Positions 9,041 to 17,346 of a DNA stretch of 32,000 bases are shown piece after piece. Origin of the DNA: Mycobacterium tuberculosis H37Rv (GTDB lineage: Bacteria > Actinomycetota > Actinomycetes > Mycobacteriales > Mycobacteriaceae). Under the pieces are notes generated by a model. That model had not been told where the DNA came from and made no database searches. It worked only from the letters and a program-made list of their open reading frames with translations. The stretch lies in contig NC_000962.3 in assembly GCF_000195955.2 (NCBI RefSeq), forward strand, positions 2,100,001 to 2,132,000, read 5' to 3'. Each line of letters opens with the position of its first letter. Position 1 is the first letter of the stretch. Made by a program: the position numbers and the translations under genes.

Positions 9041-9164
9041 CACACACGTTTGATCACGCCACAACCCACCGACACCGTCACTACCCTCAAATCGTTACGC
9101 AGAAGCGGTATACCGATATCACGGCCCTGTGCTGGGCTAAGCCAGCGTCTGCAAGGAGAACCGC

Positions 9165-9470
9165 ATGGACATCACGGCAACAACCGAATTTTCCGCCATG
9201 AACCTCGACGGCAAGACGGGTATAGGTTGGCTCGGCTACATCGTCATCGGCGGTATCGCCGGCTGGCTCGCCAGCAAGATCGTTAAGGGGGGCGGCTCGG
9301 GCATCCTGATGAACGTTGTGATCGGCGTCGTCGGGGCATTCGGCGCCGGCTTGGTCCTTAACGCGCTGGGCGTCGACGTCAACCATGGCGGGTACTGGTT
9401 CACCTTCTTCGTCGCCCTGGGCGGGGCTGTCGTCCTGCTGTGGATCGTCGGCATGGTGCGCAAGACCTAG
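9165..9470 (+). CDS. Small membrane protein, GlsB/YeaQ/YmgE (transglycosylase-associated) family (Rv1861-like)
   Basis: 101 aa from ATG 9165, preceded by AAGGAG (9153-9158). Three Gly-rich hydrophobic helices (IVIGGIAGWLASKIV, VVIGVVGAFGAGLVL, FFVALGGAVVLLWIV) typical of this family. Confidence 0.85.
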   Translation: MDITATTEFSAMNLDGKTGIGWLGYIVIGGIAGWLASKIVKGGGSGILMNVVIGVVGAFGAGLVLNALGVDVNHGGYWFTFFVALGGAVVLLWIVGMVRKT

Positions 9471-9543
9471 CGCCAAACTGTTGTCGGCCATGCAAATTGA
9501 GTGTGACTGCGGCGGCCGGCGACGGTAGCGGCATGATGGAGTG

Positions 9544-10584
9544 ATGGTCTCACCGGCGACCACGGCGACGATGAGTGCGTGGCAGGTGCGTCGGCCCGGC
9601 CCGATGGACACCGGCCCGCTCGAACGAGTGACCACCCGGGTGCCGCGCCCGGCGCCATCGGAGTTGCTGGTGGCCGTGCACGCATGCGGGGTGTGCCGCA
9701 CCGATCTCCACGTGACCGAAGGTGACCTGCCCGTGCACCGCGAACGGGTGATTCCCGGCCACGAGGTAGTGGGAGAGGTCATTGAGGTGGGCTCAGCGGT
9801 GGGCGCGGCTGCCGGTGGCGAATTCGACCGAGGAGACCGGGTGGGTATCGCCTGGCTGCGTCACACTTGCGGGGTCTGCAAGTACTGCCGGCGCGGCAGC
9901 GAGAACCTCTGCCCGCAATCCCGCTACACCGGCTGGGACGCCGACGGGGGATACGCCGAATTCACGACGGTTCCTGCGGCTTTCGCGCACCATCTGCCGA
10001 GCGGCTATAGCGACAGCGAGCTGGCGCCGTTGTTGTGCGCCGGCATCATCGGATATCGATCGCTGCTGCGCACCGAGCTACCACCCGGTGGCCGGCTGGG
10101 TCTCTACGGATTCGGCGGCAGTGCCCACATCACCGCCCAGGTCGCGTTGGCGCAAGGCGCCGAAATACATGTGATGACACGCGGGGCCCGCGCGCGCAAG
10201 CTGGCGCTGCAACTTGGCGCTGCATCGGCTCAGGACGCCGCCGACCGGCCACCCGTGCCGCTGGACGCCGCGATCTTATTCGCCCCGGTCGGGGATCTGG
10301 TGCTGCCCGCGCTGGAAGCGCTGGACCGTGGCGGCATCTTGGCGATCGCCGGGATCCACCTGACAGATATTCCGGACCTGAACTACCAGCAGCACTTGTT
10401 CCAGGAGCGTCAGATCCGGTCGGTCACGTCGAACACCCGCGCCGATGCGCGCGCGTTCTTCGACTTCGCCGCCCAGCATCACATCGAGGTCACCACGCCG
10501 GAGTACCCGCTTGGCCAAGCCGATCGTGCGCTGGGCGACCTGAGCGCCGGCCGCATCGCCGGTGCCGCCGTGCTGCTGATCTGA
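9544..10584 (+). CDS. adhA: Zinc-dependent alcohol dehydrogenase AdhA (Rv1862-like)
   Basis: 346 aa from ATG 9544 (GTG 9541 is one codon upstream). Catalytic-zinc motif GHEVVGEV, structural-zinc Cys cluster [15 protein letters not shown], Rossmann LYGFGGSAH. Confidence 0.9.
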
Positions 10585-10590
10585 CCGAGC

Positions 10591-11361
10591 TCAGGTCGAC
10601 AGGTGCCAGACCAGGGCAGCGGCCAGGGCACCCATCCCGTTCAGCGACCAATGCAGTGCGATCGGTGCGATCAGGCTGCCGCTGCGCCGTCGCAGCCAGC
10701 TGAACACGAATCCGGCCACTCCGGTGGCCAACACCGCCAGCATGACACCGGCCACCAGCCCGATGATCCCGCCACCGAACAGTCGAGTGAAGCCGACATT
10801 GCTGCTCGTGAGCCCCAGCGACGTCGCAATATGCCACAGACCGAACAGCACCGAACCCGCCACCGCGACACCCCGGAATCCCCAAGCCCGATTCAGCGCC
10901 CCATGCAACACACCGCGGAAGGCCAGCTCTTCGGGGATGACGGTTTGCAGCGGGATCATGACCATCGAGGCGATCACCGCGCCGGAGATCGTCGCGTAGT
11001 GATGGTTCATGAACATCGGCCGGGTTATCGGCAGCAGGACACCTACCGAGATCACCGCCACCACCAGGGCAACGGCCGCTAGCGCATAGACGAGCCCGGA
11101 TTTCCAGTGTTGGCGGCTCAGTCCGAGTTCAGCCCAGCCCAGGCCTCTACTCCGCACCAAGATCACCAGTCCGACCGCGGCGGCCGGGACGGTGGCGATG
11201 CTCGCCCACGGTGTGGTGAAATGCGCGATCAGGTTCGTCAGTACCAGCACCAGGACGACGACGGCGATGTCGACATATATCCGGAACCGGTGCATCACCG
11301 AGAGGTGCGACACCAGTGGACCTGGATGAACGGCTGCGCAAGCAGTCAAGTGGTCAGACAT
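10591..11361 (-). CDS. CPBP-family (CAAX-type) intramembrane metalloprotease-like membrane protein (Rv1863c-like)
   Basis: 256 aa, polytopic. CPBP motifs are present: EELAFRG (EExxxR), FGLWH, and HWSLN near the C-terminus. ATG 11361 overlaps the upstream gene's stop by 8 nt. Confidence 0.85.
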   Translation of the reverse strand: MSDHLTACAAVHPGPLVSHLSVMHRFRIYVDIAVVVLVLVLTNLIAHFTTPWASIATVPAAAVGLVILVRSRGLGWAELGLSRQHWKSGLVYALAAVALVVAVISVGVLLPITRPMFMNHHYATISGAVIASMVMIPLQTVIPEELAFRGVLHGALNRAWGFRGVAVAGSVLFGLWHIATSLGLTSSNVGFTRLFGGGIIGLVAGVMLAVLATGVAGFVFSWLRRRSGSLIAPIALHWSLNGMGALAAALVWHLST

Positions 11362-12109
11362 CGTCAGCAGAGTCTACCGGCGGAGGGCTCGGTGTCCGCT
11401 CTCGCGCGTAGGCCTTGAGCTCGGCTGCGAGCGCGTCTGCCGCCAACAGCTGGGGAAGCAGCTCCGATTCAGAGGTTCGGGCGCGAAACACGAGCCCGAC
11501 GGTCACGTTGTGCTCAGGGCGGTAATCGACGGTGATTGTGTCGCCGGCGCGCACTGTTCCGGGAGCGATCACCCGTAGGTAGGCGCCTGGTTTGGCGGCC
11601 CGGGTGAAGGTCTTGATCCAATAACGCAAATCCAGGAAGGCCGCGAAGGTCCGGCACGGGATCCGGGGCGCCGAGACTTCCAACACCAATCCGTCGGAGC
11701 CGATGCGCCAGCGTTCACCAATCCGCGCGTACGTCACGTCGACGCCCGAGGTGGTCAGATTCTCGCCGAACATTCCGTTGTGAAGGGTGCGGTGAAGCTG
11801 GGTTTCCCACGCGTCGAGGTCTTCTCGCGCATACGCATAGACGGCCTGATCATCACCGCCATGGAGCTTCGGGTTGCCGACGGTGTCGCCAACCAGGCCG
11901 CTGCCGACACCCGCATGCATCGACCCGGGTGCCCGCACCATGACCGCCTCAGATGCCGCCACTTTGTCGATTCCGGTCAACTTCGACTGCGCGCGCGGAT
12001 CAGGGTTCGCCCGAACACGAGCCAGGTTGACCGACAACACATGCGCCACCCGCACAGGGTAGCTCTGACGCGCGTTGGTCCACGCCAGCCGGCGCGGCGC
12101 AACGGTCAC
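11354..12109 (-). CDS. MOSC-domain protein (Rv1864c-like)
   Basis: 251 aa from GTG 12109, which overlaps the upstream stop (GTGA, 4-nt overlap). Beta-barrel MOSC sequence with the conserved Cys context SAPRIPCRTFAAFL. Confidence 0.85.
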   Translation of the reverse strand: MTVAPRRLAWTNARQSYPVRVAHVLSVNLARVRANPDPRAQSKLTGIDKVAASEAVMVRAPGSMHAGVGSGLVGDTVGNPKLHGGDDQAVYAYAREDLDAWETQLHRTLHNGMFGENLTTSGVDVTYARIGERWRIGSDGLVLEVSAPRIPCRTFAAFLDLRYWIKTFTRAAKPGAYLRVIAPGTVRAGDTITVDYRPEHNVTVGLVFRARTSESELLPQLLAADALAAELKAYARERTPSPPPVDSADDV

Positions 12110-12966
12110 TCCTCGCCGCGAGCCCGAGCCTCGTAGGTCCTGCGCTTCTCCATGTCGACATCGTCGGTGAAGACATGCTCGCCGCCGAGGAGTCGGTTCA
12201 AGCCCTCGGAAACCTGGCGCGGCATGAACCGCTGTGCCACGATCATCGAGCCAGCCGCTTTCGTGACCCGCACCCGCGGTTTGGGATGAACAATCAGCCC
12301 GACGATCGCGTCGGCGATATCGGCCGGCTCGGCGTTCTTGAATCCTTTGATCCCACCGGTGCCCGCAATGAGCTCGGTGTTGACAAACGACGGCAACACC
12401 ATCGAGAACTTCACGCCGGCCGAACGGTATTCAAGCCTGGCCGAATCGGTGAACGCGACCACCGCGTGCTTGCTGGCACAGTAAGTGGCCACGCCTACGG
12501 CGTAGATTTCCCCGGCAAGCGAGGCGACATTGATAACGTGTCCCCGCCCGCGCGGGACCATCCGCTGCGCCGCCAGCTTGCTACCCAAGATCACCCCGTA
12601 GACGTTGATGTCCAGGATTCGGCGGGTTACCGGGTCTGGTTCGTCGACAATCCGCCCCACGGGCATGATGCCGGCGTTGTTGACCAGCACGTCGATCGGG
12701 CCGAGTTGGCGCTCGACGGCGTCGAGGAATCCCGAAAACGAATCCGGGTCGGTGACATCGAGTTTGCCGTACATGTCGAGGTCGAGATCGGCACCCGACT
12801 CTTTCGCCATCGCCTCATCGATGTCGCCGATAGCGACCTTGGCTCCCAAGTTGTGCAGCGCGGCCGCTGTGGCCAATCCGATCCCCCGGGCGCCGCCGGT
12901 GATGGCGATTACTTTGTCCTGGACCTTGTCCCGGATCTTGACGCCGATGGATGTCCTGCCTGGCAC
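12106..12966 (-). CDS. Classical short-chain dehydrogenase/reductase (Rv1865c-like)
   Basis: 286 aa from GTG 12966. TGGARGIG cofactor motif, NNAG, and catalytic YCASK (YxxxK). Confidence 0.9.
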   Translation of the reverse strand: MPGRTSIGVKIRDKVQDKVIAITGGARGIGLATAAALHNLGAKVAIGDIDEAMAKESGADLDLDMYGKLDVTDPDSFSGFLDAVERQLGPIDVLVNNAGIMPVGRIVDEPDPVTRRILDINVYGVILGSKLAAQRMVPRGRGHVINVASLAGEIYAVGVATYCASKHAVVAFTDSARLEYRSAGVKFSMVLPSFVNTELIAGTGGIKGFKNAEPADIADAIVGLIVHPKPRVRVTKAAGSMIVAQRFMPRQVSEGLNRLLGGEHVFTDDVDMEKRRTYEARARGEE

Positions 12967-13061
12967 TGTCGTCCCTTCGCTCGGCGGGCCTTAGCCGCCG
13001 TCCAATGCGGTCGCGCCCGTGTAGTCACGGTAGCCGCGAACGCCGATGAAACAGCTACGGT

Positions 13062-15476
13062 GTGCACGTGCCCGAACGATTGCTCGATGCCGTGCGTGTG
13101 CTCGACTTGTCCGACGGCTGTTCTGCTGGAGGCACCGATATGGTGACACGACTGCTCGCCGACCTGGGCGCAGACGTTCTCAAGGTGGAACCCCCCGGCG
13201 GCAGCCCAGGACGCCACGTGCGGCCCACGCTGGCCGGCACCAGCATCGGGTTCGCCATGCACAACGCGAACAAACGCAGCGCAGTGCTCAACCCGCTCGA
13301 CGAGAGCGACCGTCGGCGGTTCTTGGACCTCGCCGCCAGCGCCGACATCGTCGTCGACTGTGGTCTTCCGGGACAGGCCGCCGCGTACGGGGCATCGTGT
13401 GCCGAGTTGGCCGATCGCTACCGACACCTGGTGGCGCTGTCGATCACCGACTTTGGCGCTGCCGGTCCGCGGTCGTCATGGCGCGCGACCGATCCGGTGC
13501 TGTACGCGATGAGTGGTGCTCTCTCGCGGTCGGGCCCTACCGCCGGCACGCCGGTACTGCCGCCGGACGGTATCGCTTCGGCAACCGCAGCGGTGCAGGC
13601 AGCCTGGGCCGTACTGGTCGCCTATTTCAACCGATTACGTTGTGGTACTGGGGATTACATCGACTTCTCCCGGTTTGACGCCGTCGTTATGGCGTTGGAT
13701 CCCCCCTTCGGGGCGCACGGGCAGGTCGCAGCCGGCATCCGCAGCACCGGGCGATGGCGGGGACGGCCCAAGAACCAGGACGCTTACCCGATTTATCCGT
13801 GCCGGGACGGCTACGTACGGTTCTGCGTGATGGCGCCGCGGCAGTGGCGCGGGCTGCGCCGCTGGTTGGGGGAGCCCGAAGATTTTCAGGACCCCAAGTA
13901 CGACGTGATCGGCGCACGTTTGGCCGCATGGCCGCAGATCAGCGTGTTGGTCGCGAAGTTGTGCGCCGAGAAGACCATGAAGGAGTTGGTGGCAGCCGGC
14001 CAAGCGCTCGGGGTTCCCATTACCGCGGTGCTGACACCGTCGAGAATCCTGGCCTCCGAACACTTCCAGGCGGTGGGTGCGATCACCGATGCCGAGCTCG
14101 TTCCGGGGGTGCGCACCGGGGTGCCTACCGGATACTTCGTTGTCGACGGGAAGCGCGCCGGTTTCCGTACTCCGGCCCCCGCCGCGGGGCAGGACGAACC
14201 GCGCTGGCTCGCGGATCCAGCGCCGGTGCCCCCACCCTCAGGCCGGGTCGGCGGCTATCCATTCGAAGGTCTGCGGATTCTTGATCTGGGCATCATCGTG
14301 GCCGGCGGCGAGCTCAGCCGGCTGTTCGGCGACTTGGGCGCCGAGGTCATCAAGGTCGAAAGTGCCGACCACCCCGACGGGTTGCGGCAGACCCGAGTCG
14401 GGGATGCGATGAGTGAATCATTCGCGTGGACCCATCGCAATCACCTCGCGCTGGGCCTGGACCTGCGCAACAGCGAGGGCAAAGCGATCTTCGGTCGCCT
14501 GGTCGCTGAATCCGACGCGGTGTTCGCCAACTTCAAACCGGGAACCCTTACCTCACTTGGGTTTTCCTACGATGTACTGCACGCCTTCAACCCCCGGATC
14601 GTGCTCGCCGGGAGTAGTGCATTCGGGAACCGAGGGCCGTGGAGCACCCGGATGGGCTACGGGCCACTGGTGCGCGCCGCCACCGGGGTCACCCGTGTTT
14701 GGACATCCGATGAGGCGCAGCCGGACAACTCTCGGCATCCCTTCTACGACGCGACGACGATCTTCCCCGACCACGTTGTCGGGCGGGTCGGTGCCCTGCT
14801 CGCGCTGGCGGCCCTGATCCACCGCGATCGAACTGGCGGCGGAGCCCACGTCCACATCTCCCAGGCCGAAGTCGTCGTCAATCAGCTAGACACCATGTTC
14901 GTTGCCGAGGCCGCCCGAGCGACCGACGTTGCCGAGATCCACCCGGACACCAGTGTGCATGCGGTCTACCCTTGTGCTGGCGACGACGAATGGTGCGTCA
15001 TCTCAATCCGCTCCGACGATGAATGGCGTCGCGCGACATCTGTTTTCGGCCAGCCTGAATTGGCGAACGACCCACGCTTCGGGGCAAGCCGGTCACGCGT
15101 GGCCAACCGTTCGGAGTTGGTGGCCGCAGTGTCGGCCTGGACCAGCACCCGTACCCCGGTGCAAGCGGCCGGCGCGCTGCAGGCGGCCGGAGTTGCGGCC
15201 GGCCCGATGAATCGCCCGTCGGATATCCTCGAGGATCCCCAGCTGATCGAGCGAAACCTGTTCCGCGACATGGTGCATCCGCTGATCGCCCGTCCGCTGC
15301 CCGCCGAGACGGGTCCGGCTCCGTTTCGTCACATTCCGCAGGCACCCCAACGCCCGGCGCCGCTGCCCGGACAGGACAGCGTTCAGATCTGCCGCAAGCT
15401 GCTCGGCATGACCGCGGACGAGACCGAACGCCTAATCAACGAGCGCGTAATGTTCGGGCCGGCCGTCACTGCCTAA
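13062..15476 (+). CDS. Tandem-fused family III CoA-transferase (two CaiB/BaiF/Frc/MCR-type halves) (Rv1866-like)
   Basis: 804-aa ORF from GTG 13062. Half 1: RVLDLSDG...LADLGADVLKVEPP...FGAAGP...ATDPVLYAMSGAL. Half 2, from about aa 399: LRILDLG...FGDLGAEVIKVES...FGNRGP...GYGPLVRAATG. The first in-frame ATG (13140, MVTRLL) would remove the conserved RVLDLS strand, so the GTG start is preferred. Confidence 0.85.
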   Translation: MHVPERLLDAVRVLDLSDGCSAGGTDMVTRLLADLGADVLKVEPPGGSPGRHVRPTLAGTSIGFAMHNANKRSAVLNPLDESDRRRFLDLAASADIVVDCGLPGQAAAYGASCAELADRYRHLVALSITDFGAAGPRSSWRATDPVLYAMSGALSRSGPTAGTPVLPPDGIASATAAVQAAWAVLVAYFNRLRCGTGDYIDFSRFDAVVMALDPPFGAHGQVAAGIRSTGRWRGRPKNQDAYPIYPCRDGYVRFCVMAPRQWRGLRRWLGEPEDFQDPKYDVIGARLAAWPQISVLVAKLCAEKTMKELVAAGQALGVPITAVLTPSRILASEHFQAVGAITDAELVPGVRTGVPTGYFVVDGKRAGFRTPAPAAGQDEPRWLADPAPVPPPSGRVGGYPFEGLRILDLGIIVAGGELSRLFGDLGAEVIKVESADHPDGLRQTRVGDAMSESFAWTHRNHLALGLDLRNSEGKAIFGRLVAESDAVFANFKPGTLTSLGFSYDVLHAFNPRIVLAGSSAFGNRGPWSTRMGYGPLVRAATGVTRVWTSDEAQPDNSRHPFYDATTIFPDHVVGRVGALLALAALIHRDRTGGGAHVHISQAEVVVNQLDTMFVAEAARATDVAEIHPDTSVHAVYPCAGDDEWCVISIRSDDEWRRATSVFGQPELANDPRFGASRSRVANRSELVAAVSAWTSTRTPVQAAGALQAAGVAAGPMNRPSDILEDPQLIERNLFRDMVHPLIARPLPAETGPAPFRHIPQAPQRPAPLPGQDSVQICRKLLGMTADETERLINERVMFGPAVTA

Positions 15477-15763
15477 GTGGTCTCGCCGGTGTCGTTCGTC
15501 GACGGTCGGCTGATTGCCCTTCCGGCTCCGAGATCGACGTTTTGCCCGCCTGTTCGTGCTTTATCTGCGAAGCCCCGATCTGGGCGCATCGGGGTGACGC
15601 ATTCGGGCAGCTAAAGCTTTTCGACCCGCAAGCCGGCGGTGCCCCTCCTCGTTCCGCTGCCCGGTCTGCTCGATCGGTTCGGGGTCGCCGCGCTAGGCCC
15701 AATTGCCCGGCTCCTCCTCGGGCCGTTCCACGACCCGCATCGTCGCCGGGCTAGGTTCAAGCC

Positions 15764-17248
15764 ATGCCGGTAGACCCCAGGACGCCAGTGCTGATCGGCT
15801 ATGGACAGGTCAACCACCGAGGCGACATCGACGCCGAGAAGCAGTCCATCGAACCCGTCGACCTGATGGCCGCCGCGGCCCGGAAAGCCGCGGATTCGAC
15901 GGTGCTCGAGGCGGTGGATTCGATCCGTGTGGTGCACATGCTGTCGGCGCATTACCGGAATCCCGGGCAGCTCCTCGGCGAACGAATCAAGGCGAGGACC
16001 TTCACCACCGGTTACAGCGGGGTGGGCGGCAACATGCCGCAATCCCTGGTCAACCGGGCATGCCTGGACATCCAGCGCGGGCGGGCCGGCGTGGTGCTGC
16101 TGGCTGGCGCCGAAACCTGGCGCACCCGAACGGGCCTGCGCGCCAAGGGCAGCAAACTGGAGTGGACTGTGCAGGACGAATCCGTTCCGCTGCCGGACAT
16201 GGCCGGCGACGACGTTCCGATGGCCGGTGCGGCTGAGCTGCGGATCAACCTGGACCGGCCGGCCTACGTGTACCCGATATTCGAGCAGGCGCTGCGCATC
16301 GCCTACGGCGAGTCGATCGAGAACCACCGAAAGCGGATCGGCGAGCTGTGGGCGCGGTTCAGTGCCGTAGCTGCTGACAACCCGCACGCGTGGATCCGCA
16401 ACCCGGTTACGGCTGACGAGATCTGGCAGCCCGGCCCACAGAACCGGATGGTCAGCTGGCCCTACACCAAGCTTATGAACTCCAACAACATGGTTGACCA
16501 GGGTGCCGCGCTGCTGCTGACGTCGGTCGAACGTGCGACACGTCTGCGAATACCGGCCGAACGCTGGGTTTATCCACAGGCTGGCACCGACGCCCACGAC
16601 ACACCGGCCGTCGCCGACCGCCACCGACTGCATCGGTCGACGGCCATTCGGATCGCCGGTGCCCGGGCGCTGGAACTGGCTGGGCTGGGGCTCGATGACA
16701 TCGAATACGTCGACCTGTATTCGTGCTTTCCCTCCGCTGTCCAAGTCGCCGCAATCGAACTCGGCCTGGACACCGACGATCCTGCCCGCCCGCTGACCGT
16801 CACCGGGGGCCTGACCTTCGCCGGCGGGCCGTGGAGCAATTACGTCACGCACTCCATCGCCACCATGGCTGAACTGCTGGCGGCCAATCCCGGGCGCCGA
16901 GGCCTGATCACCGCCAACGGCGGTTACCTGACCAAACACAGTTTCGGGGTCTACGGCACCGAGCCGCCGTCGGAATTCCGCTGGGAGGACATGCAACCCG
17001 CGGTCGATAGGGAGCCCACCGGAGATGGGTTGGTCGAGTGGGAAGGCATCGGCACCGTCGAAGCGTGGACCACACCAGTCAACCGGGACGGACAACCCGA
17101 GAAGGCGTTCCTGGCGGTGCGCACGCCCGACGGGTCGCGCAGCTTGGCCGTGATCACCGATCCCGCATCGGTGCAAGCAACGGTGCGCGAGGACATCGCC
17201 GGCGTCAAGGTTGCCGTCGCCCCCGACGGCACCGCGACCCTGCGATAG
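15764..17248 (+). CDS. Thiolase-fold (thiolase-like) protein with extra C-terminal beta-rich domain (Rv1867-like)
   Basis: 494 aa from ATG 15764. The thiolase-like N-terminal half ends ...VVLLAGAE, and later segments read VTGGLTFAGGP and ITANGGY. The expected catalytic Cys/His/Cys positions appear substituted (see findings). The C-terminal ~90 aa (WEGIGTVEAWTTPV...VAVAPDGTATL) are beta-strand-like. Confidence 0.85.
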   Translation: MPVDPRTPVLIGYGQVNHRGDIDAEKQSIEPVDLMAAAARKAADSTVLEAVDSIRVVHMLSAHYRNPGQLLGERIKARTFTTGYSGVGGNMPQSLVNRACLDIQRGRAGVVLLAGAETWRTRTGLRAKGSKLEWTVQDESVPLPDMAGDDVPMAGAAELRINLDRPAYVYPIFEQALRIAYGESIENHRKRIGELWARFSAVAADNPHAWIRNPVTADEIWQPGPQNRMVSWPYTKLMNSNNMVDQGAALLLTSVERATRLRIPAERWVYPQAGTDAHDTPAVADRHRLHRSTAIRIAGARALELAGLGLDDIEYVDLYSCFPSAVQVAAIELGLDTDDPARPLTVTGGLTFAGGPWSNYVTHSIATMAELLAANPGRRGLITANGGYLTKHSFGVYGTEPPSEFRWEDMQPAVDREPTGDGLVEWEGIGTVEAWTTPVNRDGQPEKAFLAVRTPDGSRSLAVITDPASVQATVREDIAGVKVAVAPDGTATLR

Positions 17249-17346
17249 CCGGCGGGCAGCACGAGTCACGTTCCAGAAGCAATGGTCGCGCAAGCGACAC
17301 TGACGTGCCTATTGTCATGAGGAGACGTTGGGGGAGGTGAGGCCGG

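Noticed and set aside
8670-9090. ORFs of 64-125 aa on both strands in the apa-Rv1861 spacer (for example 8670-9047 minus, 8775-9053 plus, 8848-9090 minus)
   Set aside because: GC3 is fairly high, but the translations are Arg-rich and motif-free. One overlaps the apa 3' end antisense, and the minus-strand terminator hairpin lies inside them. They are not called as genes; they might be decayed coding remnants, which I cannot establish without homology searches.
12175-13146. 323-aa plus-strand ORF
   Set aside because: It is antisense to the classical SDR (TGGARGIG, YCASK on the minus strand) and runs through the divergent promoter region into the CoA-transferase start. No motifs.
15573-15594. 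Hairpin CCCCGAT-ctgggcgc-ATCGGGG in the 287-bp spacer between the CoA-transferase and the thiolase-like gene
   Set aside because: A 7-bp stem without a U-tract or recognisable riboswitch or leader features. It is plausible as a weak terminator, but the evidence is insufficient.
15611-17293. 560-aa minus-strand ORF, the longest 'extra' ORF in the track
   Set aside because: It is exactly antisense to the thiolase-like gene. The translation is Arg/Gly/Pro-rich with no recognisable motif. This is the classic high-GC shadow ORF produced by the absence of stop codons opposite GC3-rich codons.
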